64,000 nucleotides of DNA from Candidatus Sericytochromatia bacterium (GTDB taxonomy: Bacteria > Cyanobacteriota > Sericytochromatia > S15B-MN24 > JAQBPE01). The stretch is taken from contig JAYKHR010000060.1 of assembly GCA_035285125.1 (NCBI GenBank), forward strand, positions 9,293 through 73,292, read 5' to 3'. The notes under the pieces were generated by a model. It was not told where the DNA came from and did not search any database. It saw nothing but the letters and a program-made list of their open reading frames with translations. Shown piece by piece: positions 45,842 to 54,690 of this stretch. Within the stretch, counting starts at the first letter, position 1. Every line of letters begins with the position of its first letter. A program made the translations under genes and the position numbers.

Positions 45842-46288
45842 GTGAGTTCCGAGGACCCGCGCGCCATCCACCTGCGCTCGAACCTGGATCACATCGGCCT
45901 GGCGCGGGACTTCGTGGCCGCGATCGCCAGGGCCGTGCCGATGTCGGCGCGTGAGATTTACGACCTGGAGCTCGTGGTCGACGAGGCCCTGACCAACGTC
46001 ATCGAGCACGCCTACGAGGGCCGGCCGGAGCGACCCGTCGAGCTGGCCGTGACCCTCGAGGGGGATGCCCTCGTCATTGCGATCACCCACGACGGGCGCT
46101 ACTTCGACCCCGCCGGCAGGCCTGAGGTGGACCTCAAGGCCCACATCGCCGAGCGGCGGACCGGGGGCCTCGGGTTGTACCTGCTCAAGAAGCTGCTGGA
46201 CGAGGTCGCCTACGGCACCGATGCCGCAGGGCGGCCATGCATCCGGATGGTGAAGCGCCGGGCCCCACGTGACGAAGGTGGGGCCTGA
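45842..46288 (+). CDS. RsbW/SpoIIAB-like anti-sigma Ser kinase (HATPase_c)
   Basis: LVVDEALTNVIEHAY, HDGRYFDP, GGLGLYLLKKLLDEV; GGAGG before GTG. Confidence 0.92.
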   Translation: MSSEDPRAIHLRSNLDHIGLARDFVAAIARAVPMSAREIYDLELVVDEALTNVIEHAYEGRPERPVELAVTLEGDALVIAITHDGRYFDPAGRPEVDLKAHIAERRTGGLGLYLLKKLLDEVAYGTDAAGRPCIRMVKRRAPRDEGGA

Positions 46289-46289
46289 G

Positions 46290-47273
46290 GTGGCGACGCC
46301 AGCGGTTCTCCAGGGCCTTCAGGACCGCGTGGAGCGAGTCCTGGCCTGGGCCGATGCCGCGATCGGGGAGGGGACAGGGGAGGACAGCGCGGCCGGTCGG
46401 GCCCTGCGGTCCGTGGTGCTGCCTGCGACCCGGGCCGCTCGCGAGGTCCCGGGCTGGCCCCCCGTGGCCCTGCCGTTGCTCGTCGGGGAGGTGCTGGACC
46501 TGGACGGCGACACGGCGGAGACCCTCGCCGCTGCGTGTATGCTTCACTTCGCCAGCTCCGACGTGATCGACGACGCGCAGGACGGCCACCTCGACGCGGC
46601 CCACTGGCCGACGTGGCAGGCCGCCGTCACCGCCGGCGTGGCTGCCCAGTTCCTGGCCCAGCAGGTCGCGCTCATCAGCGTTCCTGAGCCGCAACGCGCC
46701 GCCGTCGCCGCGGCGCTGGGGGGTGCGGGACTCACGATGGCGCTCGGGCAACGTCTCGACCTTGCCCAGCACGTTGCCTTGGCCGCGGCAGGTGGAGAAG
46801 ACGTTCACCTGGCCTGTGCGCGGGCCAAGACCGGCGCCTCGATCGCCCTGTTTGCCAGCTTGCCTGCCCTCGCCACGGGGGCCGGGGCCACCACTGTCAC
46901 GGCCTTGCGGGGCTGGGGAGAGGCCATGGGGTGTGCCCTGCAACTTGCCAGCGACGTGCTGGACACCCTGGACCATCGCAGCCGGGACCGCGGGGCCGGC
47001 CGTGTCACGCTGGTGGTGCAACGGGCCTGGCAGCGCCTCGCGCCAGCGGATCGCCCGCTGCTCGAGGCTGCCTGGCGCGGCGACGCTGAGGGGCCTTCGC
47101 TGGACTTCCTCTTGCAGCGGACCGGGGCCCTGGCCTACGTTCGGGCCCGCATCGGGGCTCTGCGCATCGAGGCTCGCGATGCGCTGGTGGCGCCTGGGGT
47201 GGCCCCTGGGTTGGCCGAGGCCCTGCTGGGCTGGACCGAACGCACGGGGAGCTGGGAGACCCCTCGGGTGTGA
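46290..47273 (+). CDS. Class I isoprenoid-synthase-fold protein, non-canonical (ComQ-like prenyltransferase candidate)
   Basis: DVIDDAQD first Asp-rich motif with no following RRG; GQRLDL; KTG; LQLASDVLD degenerate second motif. Start 46269 or 46290. Confidence 0.75.
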   Translation: MATPAVLQGLQDRVERVLAWADAAIGEGTGEDSAAGRALRSVVLPATRAAREVPGWPPVALPLLVGEVLDLDGDTAETLAAACMLHFASSDVIDDAQDGHLDAAHWPTWQAAVTAGVAAQFLAQQVALISVPEPQRAAVAAALGGAGLTMALGQRLDLAQHVALAAAGGEDVHLACARAKTGASIALFASLPALATGAGATTVTALRGWGEAMGCALQLASDVLDTLDHRSRDRGAGRVTLVVQRAWQRLAPADRPLLEAAWRGDAEGPSLDFLLQRTGALAYVRARIGALRIEARDALVAPGVAPGLAEALLGWTERTGSWETPRV

Positions 47274-47298
47274 TGGGCCGGCGAGTTGCCCCAAGTGC

Positions 47299-47331
47299 GT
47301 TTCGACTTCGTTAAACCCTCGTTTAGCCCGG
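47299..47331. promoter_or_regulatory. Three imperfect 11-bp direct repeats upstream of the large hypothetical gene
   Basis: GTTTCGACTTC / GTTAAACCCTC / GTTTAGCCCGG. Confidence 0.4.
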
Positions 47332-47392
47332 CAAGTCACCGCGGGCCCGTTCGACAACTGCAGGGCCTTCGGAAGCTTGGAGACACCACCAG

Positions 47393-50300
47393 ATGAACCT
47401 TGACGGGCTGACTGGCCCCCTGAAACCCACCCAGGCTCTTCCCACTGTGCCTTCGGCTTCGCCCGACGCCGTGCCCCTCGCGGGCGAGGTCGTGGACGCC
47501 GGCGCAGCGGCTGGACCGACGCCCGCGGCTGGTGACGACCTGGGCATGCCGACCGGGGACATCGGCCTGGGGAGGCCACCCGCCCGGCCCGGACGGGTGA
47601 ATGTCGACGTGGCCGCCTCTCAGGCGCTGGCCAGGGTGGTCCCGGGAGCCAGCCTCGAGGGCGACTGGCCTATGGCTCACGTCGCCGAGCTCGTGAAGGC
47701 CGTAGAGGAACTGCCCGTGCCGATCTTGCCGTGGTGGCATGGCCACGTTTTTCGGCAGGTGACGCGGGCGGCGGACAAGGGACGCCAGGGCCCCCGGGAG
47801 GAGGACGACCGAGAGGACCTCGTCGCGGAGGTGCGCCGCCAGCTCGTGCGGGTGGACCCCGCCCGCCGGCTGGTGCTGATCGACGCGGAGCTCTTCACCT
47901 TGCCGGCGGTGGGAGGCAAGAAGGCCCTCTCGCTGGCCCTCGCCAAGGCCCTCGGCCAGAGCGCCCCGTCGCGAGTCGGCACGGTGCTCGGAACCGAGTT
48001 TCCTCGCCTGTCCGGGTGGCAGGTCTCGGCGCGCAGCCCTGGGGCGCCCCCGTTGCCGCCGCGCCCATACGAGGGGGTGGCCCCTTTCGAGGCGTCACCC
48101 CCCGGGCAGGCCGTTGGGCCCGCCGGGCCCCTGCCTCGCCCGCAGGCCGGACCTGACCGCCCGCGGGCGCCGCAGACCGGTCGACTCCTCCGCCAGGACG
48201 AACTCCCTGGGGCTGGCTTGCGCCGCGCCCCTGGGGCGGGGCGGCCCGAGGCCCCCGCGCCCGGCTCGCCTGCCAAGCCCGGCGGTCTCGGGGCTGCCTC
48301 GCATCCCGCTGAGCCGCCCCGGCGCCCTGGTGAGAGGGCTTCGCAGCCTTCGAGTGGCGCGCCTCGCGGCACGCAGCCGCTGTCCCCCGAGGGTGGGCCC
48401 CGCGGCCCGCAACCTCCCGCGGGGGGAGGGCGCGGATCTCAGCCCCTGCCGCCCGGCGGTGGCTCTCGCGGCTCTCAGCCTCTGCCGCCCGCTGAGGGAC
48501 CCCGCGGCGCCCAGACCTTGCCTCCGGCAGGCGGCCCCGGCGGCTCCGCGTCGGGGACAGGCCGCACCCCGGCCGCCGAGCCGCCGGGGCTTCGGGCGGC
48601 GCCGCCCTTGCGCGGCCCCCTGGCGGGCCGTGGCCCGACGATGCCGAAGGACGTGGAAGGGCCGTTGGTGCCTGGCCCTGACGCGGCCACGGGGTTCGGG
48701 CCGTTCGCCGTGCCTGAGGGGGTGGGCCTCCCCCCCGGGCCGCCGGGGCTGGGGGGGGAAATGCCCCCTGGAGTGGCCCCGCTGGACGCGCCCGGGGAGG
48801 CAGCGGGTCCGTTTGCCCCTACGGCCGCGCCTGGGGAGGCTGCAGGTCCGGTTGCGCCGCTGGCCGCGCCCGGAGAGGCCGCGGGTCCGTTTGCGCCGAC
48901 GGCTGCGCCTGGAGACGCGACAGGTCCGTTTGCGCCGCTGTCCGCGCCAGGTGAAGCCGCGGGCCGCATCGCTCCGATGCCCGCGGGCCGCCCGCCGCGT
49001 GGCCCTGCCTCGGAGGCCCCCCTCCTCCGGACCAACGGCAGCGCGCCGCTGGGGTCCAGGTCCGGCCCAGACCAACGCCAGCGGGGGGGGGAACGCCCTG
49101 CGGGGCTGCCGCTCCCCGTGGCTGGCGGTGGCATGGTGGAACTGCCCGGGGGCGGCAAGGTCATCTTCGAGCACGACGCCGACGCGGCGTTTGTCGGAGG
49201 CAAGGCCGCAACCGACCCGAGGGAAGACCTCGGGGAAACCCTCAAAGCGCTGATGCACGCGCCGGAGAGCCTCTTGCGGACCTCCCCCGCGAAGCTGCTG
49301 CTGCTCAACGCGGAGGCGCGTGTCCTCGGGGCGGCGGAGGTCCGGGCGCTGGCGGCCAAGCTGGGCGTCGATCTCAAGGGCGTGCTCACGGACCTCGCCG
49401 TCTCGGGGCGGGTGACGCCGGCCACCCTGCGGCGCATCGCCGAGCACCACGGCCTGAGCGTCGATCGGGCGACGGTGGAGGCCCGCGAGCAGGCTCTGCT
49501 CGTTCGCGGAGGCACCATGGAGGCGGTGGTGTCCCGCCTCACTGCCGACCTGGCCACCCGCGGGGTGGGGGCCGCCCGCGCGGTGCGAGAAGCGGAGGCG
49601 CTCGCGGCCACCCACGCGCGCCTGCTCGCCAGCTTGCCCCTGACGGCCGACCCGAGGGCCGTCGGCCTGACGGCTGGCCAGCGGGTGTTCCGCTGGGTCG
49701 CCGAGAGCCTCGGACGCGCCGCCGGGCCCCGGGCCGGACGGGTGGGGGCCGAGCTCTCCGAGGTGCGGGCGCAGTTTCAGCGCCTGCCGCTGGCCGCCCA
49801 GCTCCGCGTGGCACCCGAGCTGGCGCTGGGGGCGACGTGGCTGCGGCTCTCCATCGCAGAGCGGGCCACGCTGCGGGACCCTGTCGCCCTGCAGGGCGTG
49901 GTCGCGAAGGCCTCCCAGGGCGTCGAGGAGGTCGCCTACGTTCCCCAGCAGCTCAACGGTTCCGAGCGTCGGGCGCTGGCGGTGCGCACCCTGGTGGATG
50001 CGCTGGTGGACCCGGGGATGGCCGGGCGCTCGCTGCGCAGCCGGCTGGGCGGCGCCGAGCCCGGGTCTCGCCGTGGGACCCAGCCCTTCGACCCGGCCTC
50101 AGGGCTCAAGGAACTGGCCGCCGTGAACGGCCAGACGGTGCTCTCTCTGCTGGGGGAAGGCGCCCGGAGGGGCCTGGCCGATCGTCAGGCCCAGGCCGCG
50201 CTGCGGCAGGCCCTCGCGGAGCCCGTGCTGCAGGAAGCCATCCAGACGCTGCGCAGCAACGGGCTCGGGGCGGAGCCCCTGCGGGCGGCCGTCCTGCGCT

Positions 50301-51079
50301 ACGCGCTGGAGCAAGGGCGTCGCTCCGACGATGTGGCAGGGGCGGTGCAGGGGTTGGTTCAGGCGCTCAAGCAGGAGCGCCTCCGCTTCGAGAAGTCGCT
50401 GGACGGTGGCGCCCTCGAGCTGGCCCTGGTCGAGGTCGCGCGGCAGGTGCGCGAGCGCAACGTCGAGTTCGTCACGGCCTTCACGCGGGACCGCGAGGGG
50501 GCCCTGGACGAGGCCCTTGGCCCCTGGGTGGCGAGCCTGCTGAGCCCGGCCGAGCGCAAGCTGCTCGAGGACGTCGACTACAGGCGAACCCAGGTCGCCG
50601 ACGCCCGCGACGAGGTGGTCACCGGCCAGGCCCTGGCCGAGGAGGCCCGCCAGTATCGCATCCATACGGAGAACATCCAGAACGTGCTCGAGCGCCTGGT
50701 GGAGCCTGACCACACCTTCCGCGCCGAGTTCTCGAGGGACCCCGTCGGGACCCTGGTGCGCTGGGGCATCTTCCCGCACCTGCCGACGCCGCTGCAGCAG
50801 ACCTTGTCTGATGCGGCCCGGGCGCCGCGCATCGAAACGCTCGTGCGGGCCGTGGAGCAGACCATGTCGCCCGTGCTTCAGCGGCAGATGCAGCGCGAGC
50901 GGCAGCTCCGCAACCTGAAGGAGGCGGTGAGGACGGTGAATGCAGGGAACTACGGGCCCCTGATGGCCATCCTCGACGAGGACGATGCGACGATCTCCCG
51001 GGAGGTCCGGCACACGCTGGACGCCGCGATGGAGAACGGCCAGGCCCCCTTCCGCGGCGGGCTCCTCCGCTTCCTCTGA
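47393..51079 (+). CDS. Large hypothetical protein: degenerate zincin-like N-domain with a Pro/Gly-rich insertion, helical C-terminus
   Basis: 1228-aa ORF with GGAG upstream and normal codon bias in the C-terminal half; internal tandem repeats. Confidence 0.75.
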   Translation: MNLDGLTGPLKPTQALPTVPSASPDAVPLAGEVVDAGAAAGPTPAAGDDLGMPTGDIGLGRPPARPGRVNVDVAASQALARVVPGASLEGDWPMAHVAELVKAVEELPVPILPWWHGHVFRQVTRAADKGRQGPREEDDREDLVAEVRRQLVRVDPARRLVLIDAELFTLPAVGGKKALSLALAKALGQSAPSRVGTVLGTEFPRLSGWQVSARSPGAPPLPPRPYEGVAPFEASPPGQAVGPAGPLPRPQAGPDRPRAPQTGRLLRQDELPGAGLRRAPGAGRPEAPAPGSPAKPGGLGAASHPAEPPRRPGERASQPSSGAPRGTQPLSPEGGPRGPQPPAGGGRGSQPLPPGGGSRGSQPLPPAEGPRGAQTLPPAGGPGGSASGTGRTPAAEPPGLRAAPPLRGPLAGRGPTMPKDVEGPLVPGPDAATGFGPFAVPEGVGLPPGPPGLGGEMPPGVAPLDAPGEAAGPFAPTAAPGEAAGPVAPLAAPGEAAGPFAPTAAPGDATGPFAPLSAPGEAAGRIAPMPAGRPPRGPASEAPLLRTNGSAPLGSRSGPDQRQRGGERPAGLPLPVAGGGMVELPGGGKVIFEHDADAAFVGGKAATDPREDLGETLKALMHAPESLLRTSPAKLLLLNAEARVLGAAEVRALAAKLGVDLKGVLTDLAVSGRVTPATLRRIAEHHGLSVDRATVEAREQALLVRGGTMEAVVSRLTADLATRGVGAARAVREAEALAATHARLLASLPLTADPRAVGLTAGQRVFRWVAESLGRAAGPRAGRVGAELSEVRAQFQRLPLAAQLRVAPELALGATWLRLSIAERATLRDPVALQGVVAKASQGVEEVAYVPQQLNGSERRALAVRTLVDALVDPGMAGRSLRSRLGGAEPGSRRGTQPFDPASGLKELAAVNGQTVLSLLGEGARRGLADRQAQAALRQALAEPVLQEAIQTLRSNGLGAEPLRAAVLRYALEQGRRSDDVAGAVQGLVQALKQERLRFEKSLDGGALELALVEVARQVRERNVEFVTAFTRDREGALDEALGPWVASLLSPAERKLLEDVDYRRTQVADARDEVVTGQALAEEARQYRIHTENIQNVLERLVEPDHTFRAEFSRDPVGTLVRWGIFPHLPTPLQQTLSDAARAPRIETLVRAVEQTMSPVLQRQMQRERQLRNLKEAVRTVNAGNYGPLMAILDEDDATISREVRHTLDAAMENGQAPFRGGLLRFL
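48362..48545 (+). repeat. Imperfect 33-36-bp coding repeats (PRGxQPLPPxGG, about 5 copies)
   Basis: PRGTQPLSPEGG PRGPQPPAGGG RGSQPLPPGGG SRGSQPLPPAEG PRGAQTLPPAGG. Confidence 0.75.
48788..48982 (+). repeat. 39-bp coding tandem repeat x5 (APGEAAGPFAPxx)
   Basis: APGEAAGPFAPTA APGEAAGPVAPLA APGEAAGPFAPTA APGDATGPFAPLS APGEAAGRIAPMP. Confidence 0.85.
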
Positions 51080-51101
51080 AATCTGGTAGGCTGCTCCCAA
51101 G

Positions 51102-52595
51102 ATGTCCGTTGCGCCCGTCCCCCCATCTCGCCCTGGCCCGCTCGCTGGCGCCGCCGCCTTGTGGCGCGAGGCCGTGAGGCTCGTGGCCCTTGCGGGGATC
51201 TTCACGGTGGTCTGCCTGGGCGTCCGGGGCCTGGCCTGGCTGGCCTTCGGGACGGCGCTGCCGGAGCTGGTCGTCGAGGCCCCGGTGGCCGCGGCGCTGA
51301 CGCGCCTGCACCGGGTCTGGCGCCGTGCCGAAGGCCGTCGGCGGGCCCTGGTCGCCGCCGCGGTCGAGCTGGGGCCTGATTTTCGCGCCATCGTGGGCTC
51401 CTTTGCCGCAGCCAGCCGCGAGTCGCTGGACATCCGGGCCAACACCGAGGCCTTCCTGGACGCCGTGGCTGAGGCCCTGGCGCCCGTCCACCAGCTCGTC
51501 GTCGTCCGCCGCGACGGCGTGCTCGAGGCCCTCGGGGCGCGCAGCGTGCCGGATGTCCAGGCCCACCTCCGCCGAGGGCCCACCCCTGAGGAGGTGACGA
51601 TCCCGCTCAAGGTCGGCGACCGCTTCGTGGGGCGGCTGTTGCTCGGCCCACGGAGCGACGGGCGCGAGTACACCGAGGCCGACCTGGGGCTGCTCGACAG
51701 CCTGGGCCAGTCGCTGGCGCTCTCGCTGCGCAACGCCGAGCTCTTCCAGGAACTCGCGGGCCAGGAGAGGCTGCGGCGTGAGCTCGAGATCGCCTGCGAC
51801 GTCCAGATGGGTCTGCTGCCCAAGGGCGTGCCCGACGTCCCGGGAGCGTCGCTGGCAGCCCACTGTGTGCCCGCACAGGAGGTGGGCGGCGACCTTTACG
51901 ACTTCGTGCAGATCGATGCGACGCGCTGGGGGGTGCTGGTGGGAGACGTCGCGGGCAAGGGGGTGCCTGCGGCCCTCATGATGGCTGTGACGCTGACCCT
52001 TTTCCGCGCCATCGCGCCGGGCATTCCCTCGCCCGCCAGCACGCTCGGGCGGCTCAACAAGCTGGTGCATCGCAACCGGCCTTCGAACAAGACCTTCGTC
52101 GCGGCAGCCTACTACATCTACGACGCGCGGGACGGCTCCATCGTCGTTGCCAATGCCGGCCACCCGCCTCCGCTGGTGGACGGCCAGCCCGTCCCCGTGA
52201 AGGGCCTGCCGCTGGGCATCAACCCGAAGACGGTCTACAAGGAGGTGCGCTTCACGCTGGCCCCTGGCAGCAGCCTGGTGGTGTACTCGGATGGCCTGGA
52301 GGATGTCGAGAACCCGGCCGGGGAGTCGCTGGGCCACCGCCGGGTCGCCAACCTGTTCGCGCGGCTGGCGTCGCGCCGGGCCGACCAGGCCGTCACGGAG
52401 CTGCAGGGCGCGCTGGCGACCTTCTCGGGGGCGGCGCTGCCGTCGGACGACCAGACGGTGGCGGTCTTGCGCCGGGACCCGCGGCCCGCGGCGGCGCCCG
52501 TCAGCCCTGGACAGGCCGCCGTTGCCCCTGGGACGGCAGGCCCCGCAGAGCCAGCCCCGAGCGCACCAGGCGATCCAGCAGGTCCGGCATCATGA
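51102..52595 (+). CDS. PP2C/SpoIIE-family (RsbU-like) phosphatase with a GAF-like region and an N-terminal hydrophobic segment
   Basis: ELEIACDVQMGLLP, EVGGDLYDF, GDVAGKGVPAALMM, NAGHPPPL, YSDGLED, DDQT. Confidence 0.93.
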   Translation: MSVAPVPPSRPGPLAGAAALWREAVRLVALAGIFTVVCLGVRGLAWLAFGTALPELVVEAPVAAALTRLHRVWRRAEGRRRALVAAAVELGPDFRAIVGSFAAASRESLDIRANTEAFLDAVAEALAPVHQLVVVRRDGVLEALGARSVPDVQAHLRRGPTPEEVTIPLKVGDRFVGRLLLGPRSDGREYTEADLGLLDSLGQSLALSLRNAELFQELAGQERLRRELEIACDVQMGLLPKGVPDVPGASLAAHCVPAQEVGGDLYDFVQIDATRWGVLVGDVAGKGVPAALMMAVTLTLFRAIAPGIPSPASTLGRLNKLVHRNRPSNKTFVAAAYYIYDARDGSIVVANAGHPPPLVDGQPVPVKGLPLGINPKTVYKEVRFTLAPGSSLVVYSDGLEDVENPAGESLGHRRVANLFARLASRRADQAVTELQGALATFSGAALPSDDQTVAVLRRDPRPAAAPVSPGQAAVAPGTAGPAEPAPSAPGDPAGPAS

Positions 52596-53544
52596 TGCCC
52601 GCCACCCGAGCGGCCTGCGGCAGCAGGCTGCCCTCCGTCAGCCCCGGCAGCGTGTTCGTCTCCAGGATGTAGGCGATGCCGTCTCGCAGCATGAAGTCGC
52701 TCCGGGAATACCCGGCACAGCCCAGCCCATGGTGCGCCCGCCGCGCCAACTCCTGGACCGTGGCGGTGATGGCCTCGTCGAGTCGAGCGGGACAGATCTC
52801 GTCGGTGGCTCCTGGGGTGTACTTCGCCTCGTAGTCGAAGGTGTCGCTCGACCGCGGCAGGATCTCGATCAGGGGCAGCGCCAGGGGCGGCGTCTCGCCG
52901 AGCACGCCTGCCGTCAGCTCCAGCCCGCGGATGCGCTCCTCGACGAGCACCTCCTCATCCACCGCGGCAACCGCGCCGAGCCCGGTGGTGAAGGCCTCGG
53001 GGCGATCCACCATCGCGAGGCCCAGCGTCGAGCCCTGGGTGGCCCCCTTGAGCACCAGATCCGTCCCGAGCACGGCGATGGTGCGAGAGGCGACCTCGTC
53101 CGCCGAGATCGGCACCAGCGGGGTGTCGCCGTGGAGCGCAGAGCACCCCCGGACGTACTGGCCGTCGTCGACGCGCCGCCAGTCGAGCCAGCGGGCCTGG
53201 GGCAGCCCGAGCTCCTGGTACACGGCCTTGGACCGGACCTTGTTCATCGCCAGCGCGCTGGCCATCACGCCGGAGCCCTGGTAGGGCAGCCCCAGGACCT
53301 CCAGCAGCCCCTGCACGGTGCCGTCCTCGCCCCAGCGGCCGTGCAGGGCGAGGAAGACGAAATCGGCGCGGTCCGCCAGCCCCGCGATGACCACCGGCGC
53401 GGCCAGGAGGTCGTTCAGTTCGACGGCGAAGGCCTCGTACCGCTCGGGGTCGAGGTTCTTGAGCACCATCTGACCCGAGCGCAGCGAGACCTCTCGCTCA
53501 CTCGATGGCCCGCCCATCAGGACGGCGACCCGCAGCTTGCCCAT
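52501..53544 (-). CDS. ddl: D-alanine--D-alanine ligase
   Basis: GGPSSEREVSLRSG, ALHGRWGEDGTVQG, FDYEAKY, RSDF, ETNTLPGLT..SLLP. Confidence 0.96.
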   Translation of the reverse strand: MGKLRVAVLMGGPSSEREVSLRSGQMVLKNLDPERYEAFAVELNDLLAAPVVIAGLADRADFVFLALHGRWGEDGTVQGLLEVLGLPYQGSGVMASALAMNKVRSKAVYQELGLPQARWLDWRRVDDGQYVRGCSALHGDTPLVPISADEVASRTIAVLGTDLVLKGATQGSTLGLAMVDRPEAFTTGLGAVAAVDEEVLVEERIRGLELTAGVLGETPPLALPLIEILPRSSDTFDYEAKYTPGATDEICPARLDEAITATVQELARRAHHGLGCAGYSRSDFMLRDGIAYILETNTLPGLTEGSLLPQAARVAGIMMPDLLDRLVRSGLALRGLPSQGQRRPVQG

Positions 53545-53625
53545 AGCGACACCCTCTCCCGCGACCCGCGCACACGGCGACAGGGTTATGGTAACCCAAA
53601 CGCCACGCTCGCCGGGTGAGGGCGA

Positions 53626-54690
53626 TCACGCGCTGAAGAGCGAGCCCCTGCCCAGCGTGGAGCCGTCGGCCAGCACGAGCCCGGCCCCGAGGCGTGAGCC
53701 CGCGCCGACGTCGCAGCCGAGGCCGAGGATGCAGCCCTTCACGCTGGCGTCCTCGCCCAGCGTGCAGCCCGCGCCGATCACGGCGTGCTCGACGCTGGCG
53801 CGATCGTCCACCACGACGCCTGGGCCGAGCACGGAGAACTCCTGGAGCCGGGCCCGCTTGCGGACCCGAGCGCCGCGCCCTACGTAGGCAGGCCCTCGGA
53901 GGTCTGCCGTGGGGTCGAGTTCGGCGCCCTCTGCCACCCACACGCCGTCAGGCCGGCGCTGCGCGTCCAGCTCCAGCTGCACGCGCCCGAGCAGGACGTC
54001 CACGTGCGCTTGCAGGTACTTCGCCGGCGAGCCGATGTCCAGCCAGTAGGCCGAGGTGGCCTGCCCGAACACGGGCTCCCCGAGCTTCAGCAGCAGGGGA
54101 AAGAGGCCGCGCTCGAAGCTGAAGGCCTCTCGTTCGGGCACGTAGGCGAACACGGCCGGATCCAGCACGTAGATGCCGGCGTTCACGGTGTCGACCGTCG
54201 CCTCGTCCCACGACGGCTTCTCCAGGAAGCGCGTGATCCGCCCGTCCGCGTCCGGGAAGAGCAGGCCGTACGAGGTGGGGTCGGCCACGCGGATCATGGC
54301 GATGGTGGCGCGGGCGCCGCGCTCTCGGTGGCTCGCGACGAGGGCTCCGAGGTCCATGTCGGTGAGGATGTCGCCGTTGATGACGAGCAGCGGCTCGCCG
54401 TCGAAGTGTGGCTCCGCCAGCTTCACTGCACCCGCCGTGCCCATCGGTGTCTCCTCGAGCGAGTAGGCGATGCGCAGGCCGAGGGCCTCGCCGTCGCCGA
54501 AGTGGCTCCGGATGGTCTCCGACAGGTAATGCAGGTTGATGACGACGTCTCGGACGCCGTGACGGCGCAGCAGCTCGAGCTGGTGCTGCAGGAACGGCTT
54601 CTCGAACAGCGGCACCATCGGCTTGGGCGTCGTATGCGTCAGCGGCCGCAGCCGCGTGCCTGAGCCGCCAGCGATGATGACGGCCTTCAC
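53626..54690 (-). CDS. NDP-sugar pyrophosphorylase (mannose-1-phosphate guanylyltransferase-like) with a C-terminal hexapeptide repeat
   Basis: KAVIIAGGSGTRLRPLT..PKPMVP, MGTAGAVK, NGD, FLEKP, NAGIY, YWLDIG; coupled to the PGI/PMI gene. Confidence 0.92.
   Translation of the reverse strand: MKAVIIAGGSGTRLRPLTHTTPKPMVPLFEKPFLQHQLELLRRHGVRDVVINLHYLSETIRSHFGDGEALGLRIAYSLEETPMGTAGAVKLAEPHFDGEPLLVINGDILTDMDLGALVASHRERGARATIAMIRVADPTSYGLLFPDADGRITRFLEKPSWDEATVDTVNAGIYVLDPAVFAYVPEREAFSFERGLFPLLLKLGEPVFGQATSAYWLDIGSPAKYLQAHVDVLLGRVQLELDAQRRPDGVWVAEGAELDPTADLRGPAYVGRGARVRKRARLQEFSVLGPGVVVDDRASVEHAVIGAGCTLGEDASVKGCILGLGCDVGAGSRLGAGLVLADGSTLGRGSLFSA

Noticed and set aside
52501..52595. 95-bp convergent overlap of the phosphatase and ddl 3' ends
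   Set aside because: The tails are low-complexity run-ons typical of high-GC genomes; no evidence of function.
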